The notes: generated by a model from the sequence alone, not told the origin. A stretch of 64,000 bases of DNA from the human T2T-CHM13v2.0 reference genome, Homo sapiens (GCF_009914755.1 NC_060938.1); one strand, 5' to 3'; positions 44,130 to 59,579 are shown, counted from the stretch's first letter. Translations and numbers: made by a program.

Positions 44130-44368
44130 AACAGAGTATGGGTGGCCTGCAAACCGCAATATAGGCTAAACCTGTGTTTAACAGATCAATTTGATGAGTA
44201 TCAACATTTTTTTAAAGTGGGACAGAATGGAATAGAGAATATCAGAATTGATTGCATATGGTAAGAGTAAGTATGTTTTTCACGAAGAGCTTGCTTCAGT
44301 TTTGTGTGTTTATTGGTTCTTAAATTTGGTATTTATGTGGATCTCATAAAAAATTTGAAAGCTACTGT
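44130..44368. mobile_element. hAT-Charlie-type DNA transposon fragment
   Basis: GAGAATATCAGA…GGTAAGAGTAAGTATG…AAAAAATTTGAAAGCTACTG end; subfamily uncertain. Confidence 0.45.
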
Positions 44369-46714
44369 CTTGACAGACAGCAGAGAAAATGGCAGTTTCT
44401 GTTAGATGGAGAGAGGTTGGATTATTCAGGATGTTGAATATCAAGATAAGGAGCTTGACTTCATGTAGAATTCATTGTACCTTCTTAGGCAGAGAAATGA
44501 TATGATAAAAGTGAAGTTTTTAAATGAGTTTTGCAGCGGCATGGGTGATAGCTTGGGGGAGGGGGCTGGATATAGAAATGAGAATATCATTGAAGGTTCT
44601 CAGAACAGAAACTAATTCTTGCTGTCTTGAACATAAAAGGAATTTTTCAAATGGATTATCACATCACTCACAGACATGCTGGAAGATTAGAAAACCAGGT
44701 TTAGGAAATGAGCAGGAGTGAAGGGGGCTGTATAGCCAGAGCCATGGTTGAAATCACTTCCATGGAATTGGTCTGGTGAGGACACCCATAGCACAGTGGC
44801 TGACCACTGGGCACTGAGGCTGACCTGGTGTGCTAGGACCTCCTGTGTGACACTAAAGGCATCCACTGCTGTTGCTGCCAATGCTGCTGCCACCTAAGAT
44901 TTCTCAACTGTTTCTGCCCTGTGCGTCACTAGCCCCAGACTTCATATCGAGGATGGATGCTTCTGATTAGGCAACTGAGCTCCAGCTGCAAGAAGCTGGG
45001 AGACGGATGAGCTGCCCTTCTGGGCTTCTGCAGCAGGAAGCGGGCTCTATCTCCTATCAAGATTCACACAGTGGAGAGCTGTCTCAACACAGGAAGAGGA
45101 GCTGGTTAATCATGGACTAGCTAGACTATTATTGCAGTATTCCAGCTGAGGTGGTGAGGGCTTGGACTAGGATGGTGACAAAGAAAAAGAAACTGGAAAG
45201 AACTAACCTGAGAGAATAATGAAGGAAGAGGCAGACTTGGTGATGGATTGCATATACATGATTAGCGATGGGGAATGGAAAGAGCTAACTCCAGGCTTCT
45301 GTCCTGAAGTTGATGAAGAGAGACTGTTTCTGCCCACAGATGTAAGAACTGAGAGAAGAGGAAACTGTAGAAAGATTGTGAAGCTGTATTAATGGGGACA
45401 AAGGGCTTAATTGTTTTTGGAATTAGCGGCCATGGTGAAGATAACTCCTTCAGCTGGTCCCAATCTTTGGGATCATCTGCAAAAACTAATTGTGTATCAT
45501 TGTCTTGAGTGGCTCTTCTATATAGTGTCACTGGTGCTCTCACATTTTTGTGGGTTCAGGATTTCCTAAATCAGTGTTCCTATGTAGCCTTGTAGTCTGC
45601 ATTCTAAACCCTTTCAATAGTTATTTTAACATGCATTTGGAAGACTCGGACTCAAAAGAATCTAGAATGCTTCATTTCTTTTAAAACTGTAACTTTAGCA
45701 CCCACAAGAATCTCAATTCCCACTGAGATTCAGCATGTTGAAAGACACAAGCGTGTATTTATAATGCAAACACGCAAGCCCAGATACACACTAGATAGTA
45801 CATCTATGTGGTTATTCACTGCCCATGCTTTCCCCTTCCCAGAAGAGGAGGTATTCTCTATCTGTCATGGCTCAGATACCCTTCATCCTCCCCATTTGAA
45901 ATTAGGACTGGAACCTCATAGCCATGTATCTACTGAGTTGATGTGCAACCTTGCTCATTTGCATCCTATGTCTCACCACAGCTTCTAATACTCAGTTAAG
46001 AAAGTGCAGCAGGCTAAGTTGTTAAGAGAAGATGAAAAGACCAGACAAGAGAAGGGTTCAAGTCAGTTGGTAGCAGCTTGCATCTAGAAGAATGGATCCT
46101 AGATCATTGCTTTCCTGGTATCCCTTCTTCATGCATCTTCCCCACCTCCTCTCATATGCAGAATTCGTCCTATGTGGTTCACATTTCCTTGCTTTTAAGA
46201 TGAAAGCAAGATATCAAAGTATCCCTAATTCTAAAGTTTTTATTTTCCATTGGACATTGTGATCTCTATACTTCCAAAGTTCCATTCTTTTCCTTGTATT
46301 TCAGACAAAGAAAGTGAGAAATTATAAATGAAGGATTGAATTTAATGGAAGTTAGATGAAAATCAAGAGATTTTGGGTGAGAGTAATTTTTTCACTTCTG
46401 GAATAATATTTTAAAAGACCACAAAAACCACAAATGTTTCAGTGAGTTCAGAATGAGTTCCAATCAATTCTTTTATTTTTGCAGCTTTAAAAATTATACC
46501 AAACATGTCACTCCAGATCCAGTTTTACCTTTCTCCTAAACACAGGTAGTGTTTTTCTTTTCGCAAACAGGGATTGGAGATTGGACATTACATTCATACC
46601 CCACACCTTCTTAAATCAAAGGAAAGACACAAACAAGAAGGCTGGAAAAAACCCAGCTGTATTTTATTTGATTCAGTAGTCAAGACGTAGTGATACATAC
46701 TGGAACACACTCAG

Positions 46715-47180
46715 AATCTTTGCACACAGGGTCCCTTCTAACTAGAATTTTTTCCTGCTCCCCCAGGCCATCCTTCATCTCATTAATTCCTACTCATCCC
46801 TCTAAGATCTCAGCTCAGATGCCATTTCCTCAGGGAAGCCATCCCTGACCTCCAGGTCGGGTCAAATCCCGTGGTGTCTTCTTTTCATAACATTCAAGTT
46901 TGCACATATAGATCTCCTTTTCCACTACATACAAGGGCAGCAGTATTTCTTTTTGAATTGTTTATATGTTCTAGTATCTTACACAGTGCTTGACATATAA
47001 CAATTGCTTAATAACTATTTCCTTAATGAATGGCTCGTGAGTCAGAGTTTCTGAGTTCAAATTCTAACCTTGTTCCTAATGGTGCTGTGTGACCTTGGAA
47101 GAATTGTCTTCTTGTCGATCTTGATTTCTTCATCTATAAATTGAAGATTTGGGGCTAGATAATACCTTAGAGGCTTCCAC
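46715..47180 (+). mobile_element. L2 3' fragment followed by MIR fragment
   Basis: TCCTACTCATCC…TCTCAGCTCAGATG…TCCTCAGGGAAGCC…ACAGTGCTTGACATATAA; then GAGTTCAAATTCTA…TGTGACCTTGG…TCATCTATAAA. Confidence 0.7.
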
Positions 47181-47257
47181 TCTGAATTTCATGGTCTTGA
47201 AATGTTATGTGCAAATAATTTTTTGGTAAATTAAATAATATTAAAATTTGCCTTTAA

Positions 47258-47595
<338 letters not shown>

Positions 47596-48206
47596 GTAGT
47601 CAATTCTCAATGATAGATGAGGGAATATACTTCCTCACCAGTTGAAACATTTTATTAGGAGAGGTAAACTGATTATTTTGAGCTGATGGGGAATGCTTAT
47701 TTTGAGATGTTTGACAGTCTCCTGTATTACTTAGGTTATCAGTTCTTAGGAAATTCAAACTGGGACAAATTATTGTGAATTGAAGTGAGAATAGGGGACC
47801 ATCTATTAAGGAGAAATGAAAGGGCTATTACAGGGCCAACTGATAGGGAAAATAAGAAAAGAAAATATTTATATATACACACATACACGTGGATTCTGCT
47901 TTGCCTGGGTGGCTAGTGAATCCTTTTGAAAAGTGAATAGTTGTATGCAAAAGTATTTTGTACGTTCAGGTATTCATCTAATGAAATTTGGAAAGCCATG
48001 TCTAACCAAGCACATTTTGATCTCTGTGCCCACTTCTTTGTATCAAATTCTGCATTCTACAACCTTAAAGCCAGCTTCTAGAAAGATGCTCTAGTTGAAG
48101 GTGGAGACTGAACCACATGAGGCCCTAAGCAGGAATGCATTCCTGCTTCAGATAATGACAGGAGAAAATATCCTGTGCCTATATTTGAAACTCGGACAGA
48201 AGGCTT

Positions 48207-48564
48207 TGTCTTAGTCCATTTGTGTCGCTATAACAGAATACCACAGTCTTTGTAATTTATAAAGAAAAGAAACTTATTTCTTGTATTTCTGGAGGCTGGA
48301 AGTCCACAGTTGAGGGATCCACATCTGGCGGGGTCTTTGTGCAGCATCGTCCCATGGTGGAAGGCAGAAGAGCAAGAGAGTGCAGGATGGCAAGAGCAAG
48401 AGGGGGCGACAAACCCACTCCCATGATCATGACATTAATCCATTCACAAGGGCAGAGCCCTCATAAACTAATTACTTCTTATTAGGCTCTACTTCCCAAC
48501 ACTGTTGCATTGGGGATTAAGTTTTTAACACATGAACTTTGGGGGACATATTCAAACCACAGTA
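48207..48564 (-). mobile_element. MST/MLT1A-type MaLR solo LTR
   Basis: TGTCTTAGTCCATTTGTG…GCTATAACAGAATACCACAG…ACATTAATCCATTCA…CACATGAACTTTGGGGGACATATTCAAACCA. Confidence 0.88.
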
Positions 48565-49234
48565 GTTTTTGACACTTTGCCAATGTCTTTCATAAAATGT
48601 TTGTCTAAAAGTGCAACTGCAGCCCAACCATCTCTGAAATGTATCTCATTTCACTTTAGGACATTCATCATTCTCTGTTCCTTTCTCTGCTCTGCTTTAA
48701 TCTCATAGGGGTTTTCATTAAAAACTGATGTGAGGAGCAGAAGCCATGTCAGTGTTATGAATGGACTTCTGATAACATCTCCTATTGGGCTGGAAGGGAG
48801 ATGCTTGCTGAACTGACATGCTGGGTGAAAAGCAAACTTGAGCTGCGAACCAGATGGGGAGCAGTAGGTGGTGATTGGATGCTGAGAGCTGGCATTGTAT
48901 CAGCACTCCTTGGGTTCAGTAGCTCAGGCCCAGAGTCCAGTGCCCAGTTAGAGGGATGAGCAAGAATAGGGGCCGCTGCCCTCAAGAATCAATGCCATTC
49001 ATGGAGGGAAAAAGAATAGGACCAGGCCAGAGTGCCCTGCTCCAGGCCTCCTCCTGTGTGTTGCCCTCAGGGGTGTAGCGCAGTTTCCTCTTAGCTCACA
49101 GTGACCCTTGAAGCCAAGGCAGAGATTTCAGTTCAAGATGCTCAAAGGTTGTCACTTCCTGCTCCCTCATCATTCACATTTCTCCTCTCTCAGCAGGATT
49201 CAAGCAAAGAGGTAGACATAGGTTACTATAGCAA

Positions 49235-49450
49235 AATAATAATAACTAATAGTGGTTGAGTGGTTCTGGATCAGGCAACGTGCTAAGTGCCCTATATATA
49301 TTCATTACCTCATAAATGCACATAGCAACCTTATGGCGTAGAACTCTTTTCCAAGTGAGAAAATCAAAGCACAGAATGGTTAAATAACTTACTCAAGGCC
49401 TCAGGCTGGTCAATGGTGGAGCCAGGGTTTGAAATTGAGATATATGACTT
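49235..49450 (-). mobile_element. MIR SINE
   Basis: GTGCTAAGTGC…GCACAGAATGGTTAAATAACTT…CAAGG…GGAGCCAGGGTTTGAA. Confidence 0.75.
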
Positions 49451-49864
49451 TGTAGTGTGAACAGATGCTTTCAAACATCTAGTCAAGGCACTTAACACAT
49501 CAAGTAGGTATAAATGGATACATGGGCATGTGGCCTCGATCAGGCCTTACAGTTGACATAGTAAAGATTAGACACTAGTCCATGTCTTTACATAGTTTAC
49601 ATTACCATATCTTATCACAAAGATCCCCCTTGTAATTTTAGACATTCTGAAATACTAAAAAAAGTAAGAAAATCATTTGCTCAAGATCAAAGATCAATTA
49701 GACTTATGAATGAAATCAGGCCTGATAAAATTTCTGCCATAGGAAAACTTTTTTTGCTTCTAGGACTGATGTTTGGGGGCTTATCAAACAGGAATGGGAA
49801 CATCCAGAGATTTGGGGCATGATTTTAAAAGATTGTGGTCTAGGAGTAAAAAAAAAAAAAAAAA

Positions 49865-50140
49865 AATCTGAGTCTTAGACTAGTGCTGCCTCCATTCAGC
49901 CACCCTGGGACTTTGAGCAAAGCTTTTAGAACTGGGTCTTGGGATTCTCATCTGAAAATTGAGGGGTAATTGGATCAATGATTCTCCCTTAAAATCACCT
50001 GGAGAGCTGCTAAAAATAGTAATGCCCTGTCCCAATCCAGATGATTCTGATTGAATTTGTCTAGAGTGGGGCCTAGACACATAATTTTTTGAAGCTCCCC
50101 AGGTGATGCTAACATCAGCCTGGTTGAGGAAACTGCATCT
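49865..50140. mobile_element. MIR fragment followed by MER5A
   Basis: CTCATCTGAAAATT; then AAAATCACCTGGAGAGC…GATTCTGATT…AAGCTCCCCAGGTGATGCTAA. Confidence 0.7.
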
Positions 50141-50595
50141 GATGGTCTCTTATTTTTCTGGTAAACCTAAAATTCTCTGAATTTGCAATATGGAGTCACT
50201 GAGCTAGGAGACAGGCAATTTCCCAAGGAATTTTAGGGTGATTTTCATCTCAAAAGACAGAAGTGCAGAAGGTTGAGTGAATATATATATATATATATAT
50301 ATATATGAACAATTTAAACACTTATCTGGTACCATTTGTGGATTGGAAGATGTGTGCCTTAGGTAGTCTTTTCCTTCTCTCTAAACTGACATAAACAAGT
50401 TAGCTAAAATCCCTAAGATGTTCTAATCTGATTTCAGCCTCTTGTGGCAAACTGTGAAGTACATTGTTAAGAACAGAGCTAAGGTTTGAAAGCACTTAAC
50501 AGTGAAAGCTGTGAAACAGCCTGAACAAGAGAGTGGGAAAAAAGTATTTGCTTTATAAATATACGGCCTCAAAGTCTTTCTTGCTGAGTTGCTGA

Positions 50596-50753
<158 letters not shown>

Positions 50754-50811
50754 AGGTGAGTCATTCTTTAAATTAAGCGTGGTTCAGAATTCTCTTAGAA
50801 AAGAGGGTGAG

Positions 50812-51303
50812 CAAAGGAATAGAAATCATTCTATTATAAAGATACAGGCACACATATGTTCATTAGAGCACTATTCACAATAGCAGAAACATGAAATCAA
50901 CCCAAATACCCACCAATGATAGACTGAATAAAGAAAACGTGGTACATATATACTATGGAATACTATGCAGTCATAAGAAGGAATGAGATTATGTCCTTTG
51001 CAGGGACATGAATGGAGCTGGAAGCCATTATCCTCAGCAAACACAGGAACAGAAAACCAAACACCACATGTTCTCACTTATGAGTGGGAGCCGAACAATG
51101 AGAACACGTGGACACAGAGAGAGGAACAATGCACATTGGGGCCTGTCAGCGGGGCAGGGGGAAGGAGAGCATGCGAGGCTTAATACCTAGGTGATGGGTT
51201 GATAGGTGCAGCAAATCACCATGGCACATGTTTACCTATGCAACAAACCTGTACACCCTGCACATGTATCCTGGAACTTAGGATAAGATAAATTTAAAAC
51301 AAA
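50812..51303 (+). mobile_element. 5'-truncated L1PA (PA8-13-like) 3' end
   Basis: ORF2 tail plus 3' UTR. TSD AGAAAAGAGGGTGAG (50797-50811) / AGAAAAGGGGGTGAG (51304-51318). Confidence 0.92.
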
Positions 51304-51351
51304 AGAAAAGGGGGTGAGGAGGACAGACAGGAAATAATGTTAATATATGAT

Positions 51352-51545
51352 GTCAGTGGTGTAAATATTTAACAACTGCTTTCAAAACGAAAGGCTCTGA
51401 TGTATAGTATTTGTCAATTTCTGTGGTGTAAATGCTCCCACCATGGCTAATTTCAAGCTAGCAACCTGATGTCACTGAATGCAGAGTTGAACGAGAGACA
51501 TACAAATGGCTCTCATGAACCATTATAAACTGCTCCAACACACCC
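51352..51545 (+). mobile_element. MER63-type hAT MITE
   Basis: TAAATATTTAACAAC…TTTCTGTGGTGTAAATGCTCCCACCATGGCTAATTTCAAGCTA…CTCCAACACACC. Confidence 0.8.
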
Positions 51546-52151
51546 TACTTAGGTTCATAAAGCAGCATAGTGTGAATGATTCAATCAGATTGACTTCCTC
51601 TGTGATTCAGACATCTGAGCAGCCTGAAAGTTCAGGATTGAGAAAGCAGTAACAAGGTGAGGGCGGGGGGAGGACAGGATGAAAGCAGCAAAGAAAAATG
51701 GGAGATACTACTTAATGCCACTAATTCAATAGACATTCTACAAGTAGCTACTACTTGCAAGCTTCTCGGATGTGTGTGTGGTTGGGGGTAGAATAGCAAT
51801 TTATTACAGGTGGACATGGAATATAACCCTTTCCTTCAGTTGGTTTACAATCCGGTTTTGCCCAGAGCTGACTACTGGACCTTGAACAGTGTTCACGGTG
51901 ATGGAACCAGCTGAGGAAACACTAATGGATCCTTTATAACAACAGGGAGACCTAGCGGACAGAGTTGCTGTGACAGTGATTGTCACAATGTTAATGTTTA
52001 AAACAAGCATCAATCAATGTGATAATCTTAAGAGAAGGAAAACCAAAACTGCCCAACATCATCCAATCACTCACTCAGAAGTATTCTGCTACCATGTTTT
52101 GCAATTGATCATTCTGATCAGACTTCTGAGTCAACTCTCCTTGTTTTGAAA

Positions 52152-52238
52152 TAGAAAGGAAGAGAAAAGAAAGAAAGGGGAACAAGAAAGAGAAAGAAAG
52201 AAAAAGAAAAAGAAAGAAAGAAAGAGAAAGAAAGAAAG
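52152..52238. repeat. (GAAA)n-rich repeat
   Basis: Direct read. Confidence 0.92.
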
Positions 52239-52369
52239 GCAGGCTTCAGGTCAACTGTTTCACATCAATAGAAAACTTAGGTGGTAAAATGCTGTTGCAC
52301 TGCAATATCTGCTGCTTGAAACAGGCAAAGGGGTCTTACTTCCAAGCAATGCGAGTTCAGTTATCTGGT

Positions 52370-53460
52370 ATATTCATTCATTCACGAATGAATATATATT
52401 TATTCATCAAATATTTACTGATGGTCTTCTAAGCACCAGGCCCTGCAGTAGGCATTAGAGATACAATGGAGAACAAGATAGATGCAGCCACTCCCCTTAT
52501 TATGCTTAAAGTCAACTGGAGGAAGTCAAGCAATAGGAGCTGGTAAACCAATGGTTACCAACTGTGAGGCTACCAAGAAGAGAACAAGCAAGGAGCTATG
52601 ATAAAGGAAAGCATCAGGAATCTGGTCTGAGGGTACTCAGATAAACCTCGCATAGGTTACTTTTCAATCTAGGCATGAAAGGTGAAGAACCAGCCAAGTG
52701 ATGTGTGAGAGAAGGGAATGGGGAGCCTGAGGAGTGGACTGGCAAGCCTATGATGCAGAAGAGAGAGGATATGCAAGGGACCTAATGCAGGAAAGAGCTT
52801 TGTGTGTTCAAGAGCTAAAAATAAGACAGACAAATCTATAAAGACAGTAGATAAGTGGTTGACTTGGACTGGGGAAACTGGGGGAATAGGGAGTGATTGC
52901 TAAAGGGTACGGGATTTTTGGGCGGAGATAAGATGTTCTAAAATTGATTGTGGTGATGGTTGCCCAACTCTGTGAATATACTGGAAACCATTGAATTATA
53001 TATTTTAAATGGGTGAATTGTATGATAGGTGAATTATAACTCAATAAAGTTATTAAAAAAATTAAACACCTGAATATTTGGAACTTAAGAAGCAAGGGTG
53101 GTGCAGAGAGAATGAGATGAAGTTGGAAATTCTCAAGCAGGCTTACATCAGCTGGGGCCTACAGATCTAGGTAACAAAGTCAGATTTTATTCTAGGTAAG
53201 ACAAGAGCAGCTGCCATATTGTCTGCTGTGTGGATTTGGGGTGGAATGAGAAGGCAAGGGTGGCAGGAGAGAGAGATCAGTTAGGAAAATGTTGCAATAA
53301 TCTAGGTGAGATGGGGGTTAAGATCAGGTGGTGAAAGTGGGGATGGAGAGAACTGGGGATTTGAAATATTTTAAAGCATGTGATTAATGGGAATTGATGA
53401 AGAATTGAATGCAGGGAATGAGGGAAATGATCCATCAAGGAGAATGCCTTCCAACTTGTA
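52370..53460 (-). mobile_element. L2 3' portion, interrupted by an L1MB fragment
   Basis: TTCATTCATTCA…AAATATTTACTGA…CACCAGGC…GAGATACA (L2 tail, reversed); resumes after 53070. Confidence 0.7.
52822..53062 (+). mobile_element. L1MB-type 3' UTR fragment
   Basis: ATGTTCTAAAATTGATTGTGGTGATGGTTGC…GAATTGTATG…CTCAATAAAG…AAAAAA. Confidence 0.85.
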
Positions 53461-55102
53461 TTCTTTCCCAACTGCAGCTTCTAGATTCTGAAGCAGGAAA
53501 CACAAATAATCAGAGCCTGTGGCCCTTTTAACCCAGGCCTTCCCTTAAGAATTTTGTTCAGGGTCAGAGACTGAAATGGTGAAGAGGCTCTGCTATAATC
53601 TCTAATAAATCCCTCTCCCATCATTCACACATACTCCCTTCTTTTCTCATCTGGATTTGTTGCAAGACCCAAAGATCCCAACAGTCCTTCCTGGGTCTTG
53701 CAAACTGTAGAGGATCTCTTCATTTTATTTAAGTTGTGTTAGAAAAAAATAGTGATTAGGCAAAGAGAAGAGGATGAAGAGCCCAGTAAACAGGTGTCTG
53801 AATGCTTCACACTTCCTCGGGAACCTGTCTGCATCTTCATCATCTGTACTACAGTCCCACTTGGCCAAAAGTGAAGTGTGGGCTAGGCTGGCCTACATCA
53901 GAATAACTGGTTTGTTTGACTTCTAAGGAATCCTGGATTACTAAGCTCTAGGCAAAGATTCCCTCTCTGTGTGGCCACAGTGATTATAACCACTTGCTGG
54001 TCCTGGAATCAGAGAACTCTCAGAGGACAGCCTACATCTAACAGCAGCTCCTCCGAGTCTAGAACCTGACCCTTTCCTTTCACTGGCTGCCTCCTCTATT
54101 ATCCATATGGCTCTTAGGCCAAGAATAAGTCTTTACTCTTCCCTGTTCACACCTCTGTCCTCATATTTCCCATCTGTCTCTTCTTGAAGCTGAGGCTGGA
54201 GCATTGAAATAGTGGAATAGCTCAGGGCTGGTCTGATGGTAGTGGGTTATCAGTGGTTGTTTCACTAAAGCTGGTATACAACACCCACTCCTAAATTTGC
54301 CTGGCTTTTTTGAAAAAGAGAAAAAAGCACAGACTTTGGAGGCAAACAGAATCTCCCTGCTCTAACTAGCTGGGTTCTCATGGCGAAGGTACATAACTTC
54401 TCTGGGCCTGTTGTCACATACTCCTGCTTAACGAAGAGCTGCAAACAAAACATGGATAGAAAGAAATATGAATAAAATAGGATGCAAACCCAGAGTTGGT
54501 GGCTTCACTCATTCAAGAAACAGCTATTGAACACCTACTCTAGGTTCAGGTTCTGCAGGTGGTGAGGATATTATGATGAGTAGAACTCACGAACCCCTGC
54601 CCTGGGGAGCTTATGTTTTTTTTCTTTCTCTAACGTAAACAAACTGTGGTACAGTATATATACAGACAAGTGCACAAATATTGTGTCAGCTTGATGAGTT
54701 TTTGTATATGTATATACCAATGTAACCACTGCCCAGATAAGGAAATAGAAATATTTCCAAAATGCCAGGAGGTTTTTTTCATGTTTCTACCCAGTCAATA
54801 CTACCCCTGCTCAGAGGTAAACACTGTCCTTACTTCCATGACCATAGACTAGTTTTGCTCATCTTGAATGCATATAGATGAAATTACATAGTATACGCTC
54901 TTTGGGGTTGCTCTTTTTGTGTTTGGCTTCTTTTATTAAGGAAAAATTTCTGTAAGGATCACCCATGTTATTGCAGTATCACTAGTTTGTTCTTCTTTAT
55001 TTTCATATAACATTTTATTGAATGCATATATAATTATTATTCATTCTACTGCTGACAGATAATTGGTTTGTTTCCATTTTAAGATTTTATAAATAAAGCT
55101 GA

Positions 55103-55500
<398 letters not shown>

Positions 55501-57003
55501 TTTCAAAGTAGAATTGTTAGTAATGGTAATCTTTGGTAACCTTGGTACACACTGCCAAACAATTTTCCAAAGTGGTTGTAACAATTTACATACCTCCCAG
55601 CAATGTATGAGATTCCAATTGCCACTGGGAAGAGGGACAGTCTCTAAATATAAGAAGTTACATTATATAGCATGTTAGAGGTGAGAAATGCTATGGGAAA
55701 ATAAAACAAGAAAAGAAAGACAACTTCAGAGTCTGTGTTCCACTATGTGTCCCTATTTATCTTTTTTAACCATTTCACATGTAACATATTCAGAGATGAT
55801 TTAGTCATCAGTTAAAGGAAAAAATATTTGTTGGATATCTACTATGTATCCAGCACTACGTTAGAGGGATAGAAAGTGTTAGGCAAGGTCTATGCTTTTA
55901 GGGAGTTGAAAATATGGAGGTGAGTCACAATGGGCAGCTGATCCAATCTGAAAGTGAGCGGCATTGCCCTGGGACAGACTGTCAATGTGACAGGAGATGC
56001 GGTGAGGGAGAAAAAAGTGTCAACTAGGCAACGAGGGGAGACTCCAGAAGAGAGATAGACATGTGTCAGAATACAAACTCATTCTTCACATTTTCCACCT
56101 ATTTAAATCCTCTCCCTTTTTTTGTGTTCAAAAAGACCTCACAATATCTTTGTGCAGCCATAACCTACCTTTTCTGGGAGGTTCGCGACCCATACATCAC
56201 TTGAGATTTCAATAGCCTTTGGTGCATTCGTTCCTACAATAGACACTGATCTCTGGCCTTGTGCCAGGCACCTTTCTAGAGGCCAAAATATATACAAGTC
56301 TCTGCCCTCAAAAAGTTCATGGTCTAGTAGGAGAGAGAAAATAGATGTACAAATAACTATAACAAAAGAGGAAGATAAATGTCATAAGAGGGGTATTAGT
56401 GAAACATTTTAGGGGTTTGGGTGGGAGAGAGATGTTGAGAGATCAAGTAGCTAAAATTTCACATAAACAGTACACATGCACCCTCTGTAATACACACACA
56501 CCACCCCCCCAACACACACACCCAGAATTAGCTGTTTCTGCAGCCAGAAGCAGAACCCATAGTTGGCTGAATGGCTGTGTCTTTTCTACTTTGTATGTTT
56601 CTGTCTCACACCCTGAGAGCTAATTCTCCAAATGCTGCCCAGAAGGAAATTGCCTTCATTGTGGTCCCTGCCATTCTATTGTAAGGATCTAGCAAGTCCC
56701 AAAGCAACCTAGGAAGTAGTAAACTCTTCAGCTCTGACTGGTGCCTGCTTGGCGAACTGAAATGTGGTGTATGGAGAGGGGAGAATATGGAAAGGGGATG
56801 TGGAAGGAGAAGAAGGCAGGTGGAGTGAAGGAAGAAAAAGAAAAGACCCTGAGAAGAAGGCTTCAGATACCACTGCTATGGTCTAGAGTCAGCAGGAAAA
56901 GCAGCTCAAGATTTCCTCTATGTGCTGTGCTTTCATAGAATATGAAACTGGCGATTTAGAAAAAAATTATGCAGACGATGGAGCTGGCTCTGGCCCTAAA
57001 TGA

Positions 57004-57355
<352 letters not shown>

Positions 57356-57939
57356 TGTCCTTCTTCTGCTTCTGAGAACAGGAGTGAGACATCGATAGCT
57401 CTAGGCCCATCTTGTACCATGAGGCTGAGGCCACACACTCAAGATAGAGGAGTTGGAAACTGAGCTCAAAGGAGCCATCAGGGAAACAGCTGTCAAAGTA
57501 GCCTTGGATTGTCTATCTCCAAAGAAATATAGTCCCTGTTTGTCTAAGACACTGTTATTTCGGGTCTCTGTTATTCACAGTTCTAACTGATACAGAACTT
57601 TTTCTGATATTGCATGAGTTTATTTGACAAATTAAAATTTACAAAACAATTCCCAGATGATTACCATTATATATGAGAGCAATATGATCTTTCTTCCAAT
57701 TATATTTTAAATCACAAAAGTAATTTTGTACTTTCAAACAATATGGAGATATTACAGTAAAGAGCAACAATTTCTCTTTGAAATTCTCATCCTCCTCCTC
57801 CCTTACCCATCCTATTTATTCCACTCTCAGCTTCCAAAATAAGCATTTTCAAGTGCAGGGATCATCTTTTAGATCCTTATCTAGACATTTACAAACCTGT
57901 TGAGGACCTCACACACACTTTTGTTTAAAAAGTAGTCCT

Positions 57940-58057
57940 TGACGAGTTAATGGGTGCAGCACACCAATATGGCACATAGATACATATGTAACAAACCTGC
58001 ACGTTGTGCACATGTACCCTAAAACTTAAAGTAAAATAAATAAATAAATAAATAAAT
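57940..58057 (+). mobile_element. Extremely 5'-truncated L1PA4/5-like insertion (~95 nt plus (AAAT)n tail)
   Basis: GACGAGTTAATGGGTGCAGCACACCAA…GTACCCTAAAACTTAAAGTA. Perfect 13-bp TSD AAAAAGTAGTCCT (57927-57939, 58058-58070) preceded by TTT. Confidence 0.95.
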
Positions 58058-59103
58058 AAAAAGTAGTCCTACTATGCATATTATTCTACAATTTCTTTTT
58101 CACTTTACAATGTGGCAGGAGTATCTGTCTGTAGTGATGTATACTTTTCAAGCACTTTGAAGTACTTCATAAGTATGGATGAACCAGGTCTAACTAAGCA
58201 GTTGCCTCTTGATAGACTTTTGTGTTGTTTTCAATTTTTAAAATCATAAATAATGCTTCAATCAACAACCATTGCAGGAGTGAGATTTTAGTAGGATGGA
58301 TTTCCAGAAGTAAATATACAGGGCTTTGACTTAGGAAGTAGACTTTTACACTTTTTTAAGAGTTGAAAGTCACATAGCAATTTAGGTTGTGTTGCCCCAC
58401 AAGAGCAGCTACAAGATGGCAGAACTAAAGAAGGAGGTAGGGTTAGTGGGAACGTCAAGTGTCAAGTTCAACCTCTTGGCCTTAGGGGGCCGGAAAAGGA
58501 GATGTTCTGTGAACTGAGGGAGGCCTCACATGTCCAGTGAATGGACACAGCTGGCCTTGTGGTCAGCTGAGCTGATTGCCTCCACCCCCATGTATCTTCT
58601 CTGCCCAATTTCAAACATTATTCTTTGTGGCTGAGTGAACACTAGGATCTGGACTCAGGAAAGGAAAAGTCCTTCCCAGGGACAGTTATACAAGTCTGCC
58701 ATTGCTTTACATTCCTCTCATCATAACTGATTTTAACAAACAATTCAACTCTCTGCTGAATGATGTTCGTTTTAAGAGTGCCCTACTCTGGGATCAGTAC
58801 ACACCATCACATTGGCTCATGGTTCTTGTCTTCACAATTTCCCAAGAGCAATGACTGAAGCCAGCCCAGGGCACATTTTGAGCAGGAGACTTTGGATCTA
58901 TAAAGGCCAACTATTTCAGGCGGGAGGCCAGAAGCTTCCTAACCAAACAAGTGTAAACTTCATTTTCTTTTGCAGTCAACCATTTCCTTTCATCCCAATC
59001 TATTTCTGGAGCTCTGGGAATAGGTCACATCCTTCTCAGCACATTGTTGTTCAGCAGAAGTCCGTGAATTATTGAACCAGCCTGGTGCCTTCAAACTCTG
59101 GAC

Positions 59104-59579
59104 CAGAGGTTCTTGACCTTTACTTGGTCCATGCATCCACTTGGCAGCCTGCTGAAGCCCACGAACTCCTTCTCGGAAAAATGTTTTTAAATACTTGACA
59201 TCAAATATGTGAGATTACAAATGAAACAAGTCATGTAGAAATATAATTATTAAAATACTAAAAGCAAAGGTGTGACATAGTATGCATGCCTTTTATTAAC
59301 ATTAAATAATATTTAGCAGCAGGCATAATAAGCATCATTTTGAAGCAGTGATACGTGTGAGCAAATTTCAAGATGTCTGCAATAACTGAAAAGTGGTATG
59401 AATGCATCTGTCATTTCTACAGATGACAAAGTCAAAGGTACTGCTAATATCACTGTGGTCTGTTGCCTACTCTCATAAAGGAAATACTGAATTTTAGTTA
59501 GAGGTTAATGAAAAGAAAGATGCAATTTTTTTCCCACACAAGATCACAGACCCTAAACTCTTTAATGTAAGAATCCCTA
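59104..59579 (+). mobile_element. Charlie4a-type hAT element
   Basis: CAGAGGTTCTTGACC start, GACAAAGTCAAAGGTACTGCTAATA internal, TAAGAATCCCT end. Confidence 0.82.
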
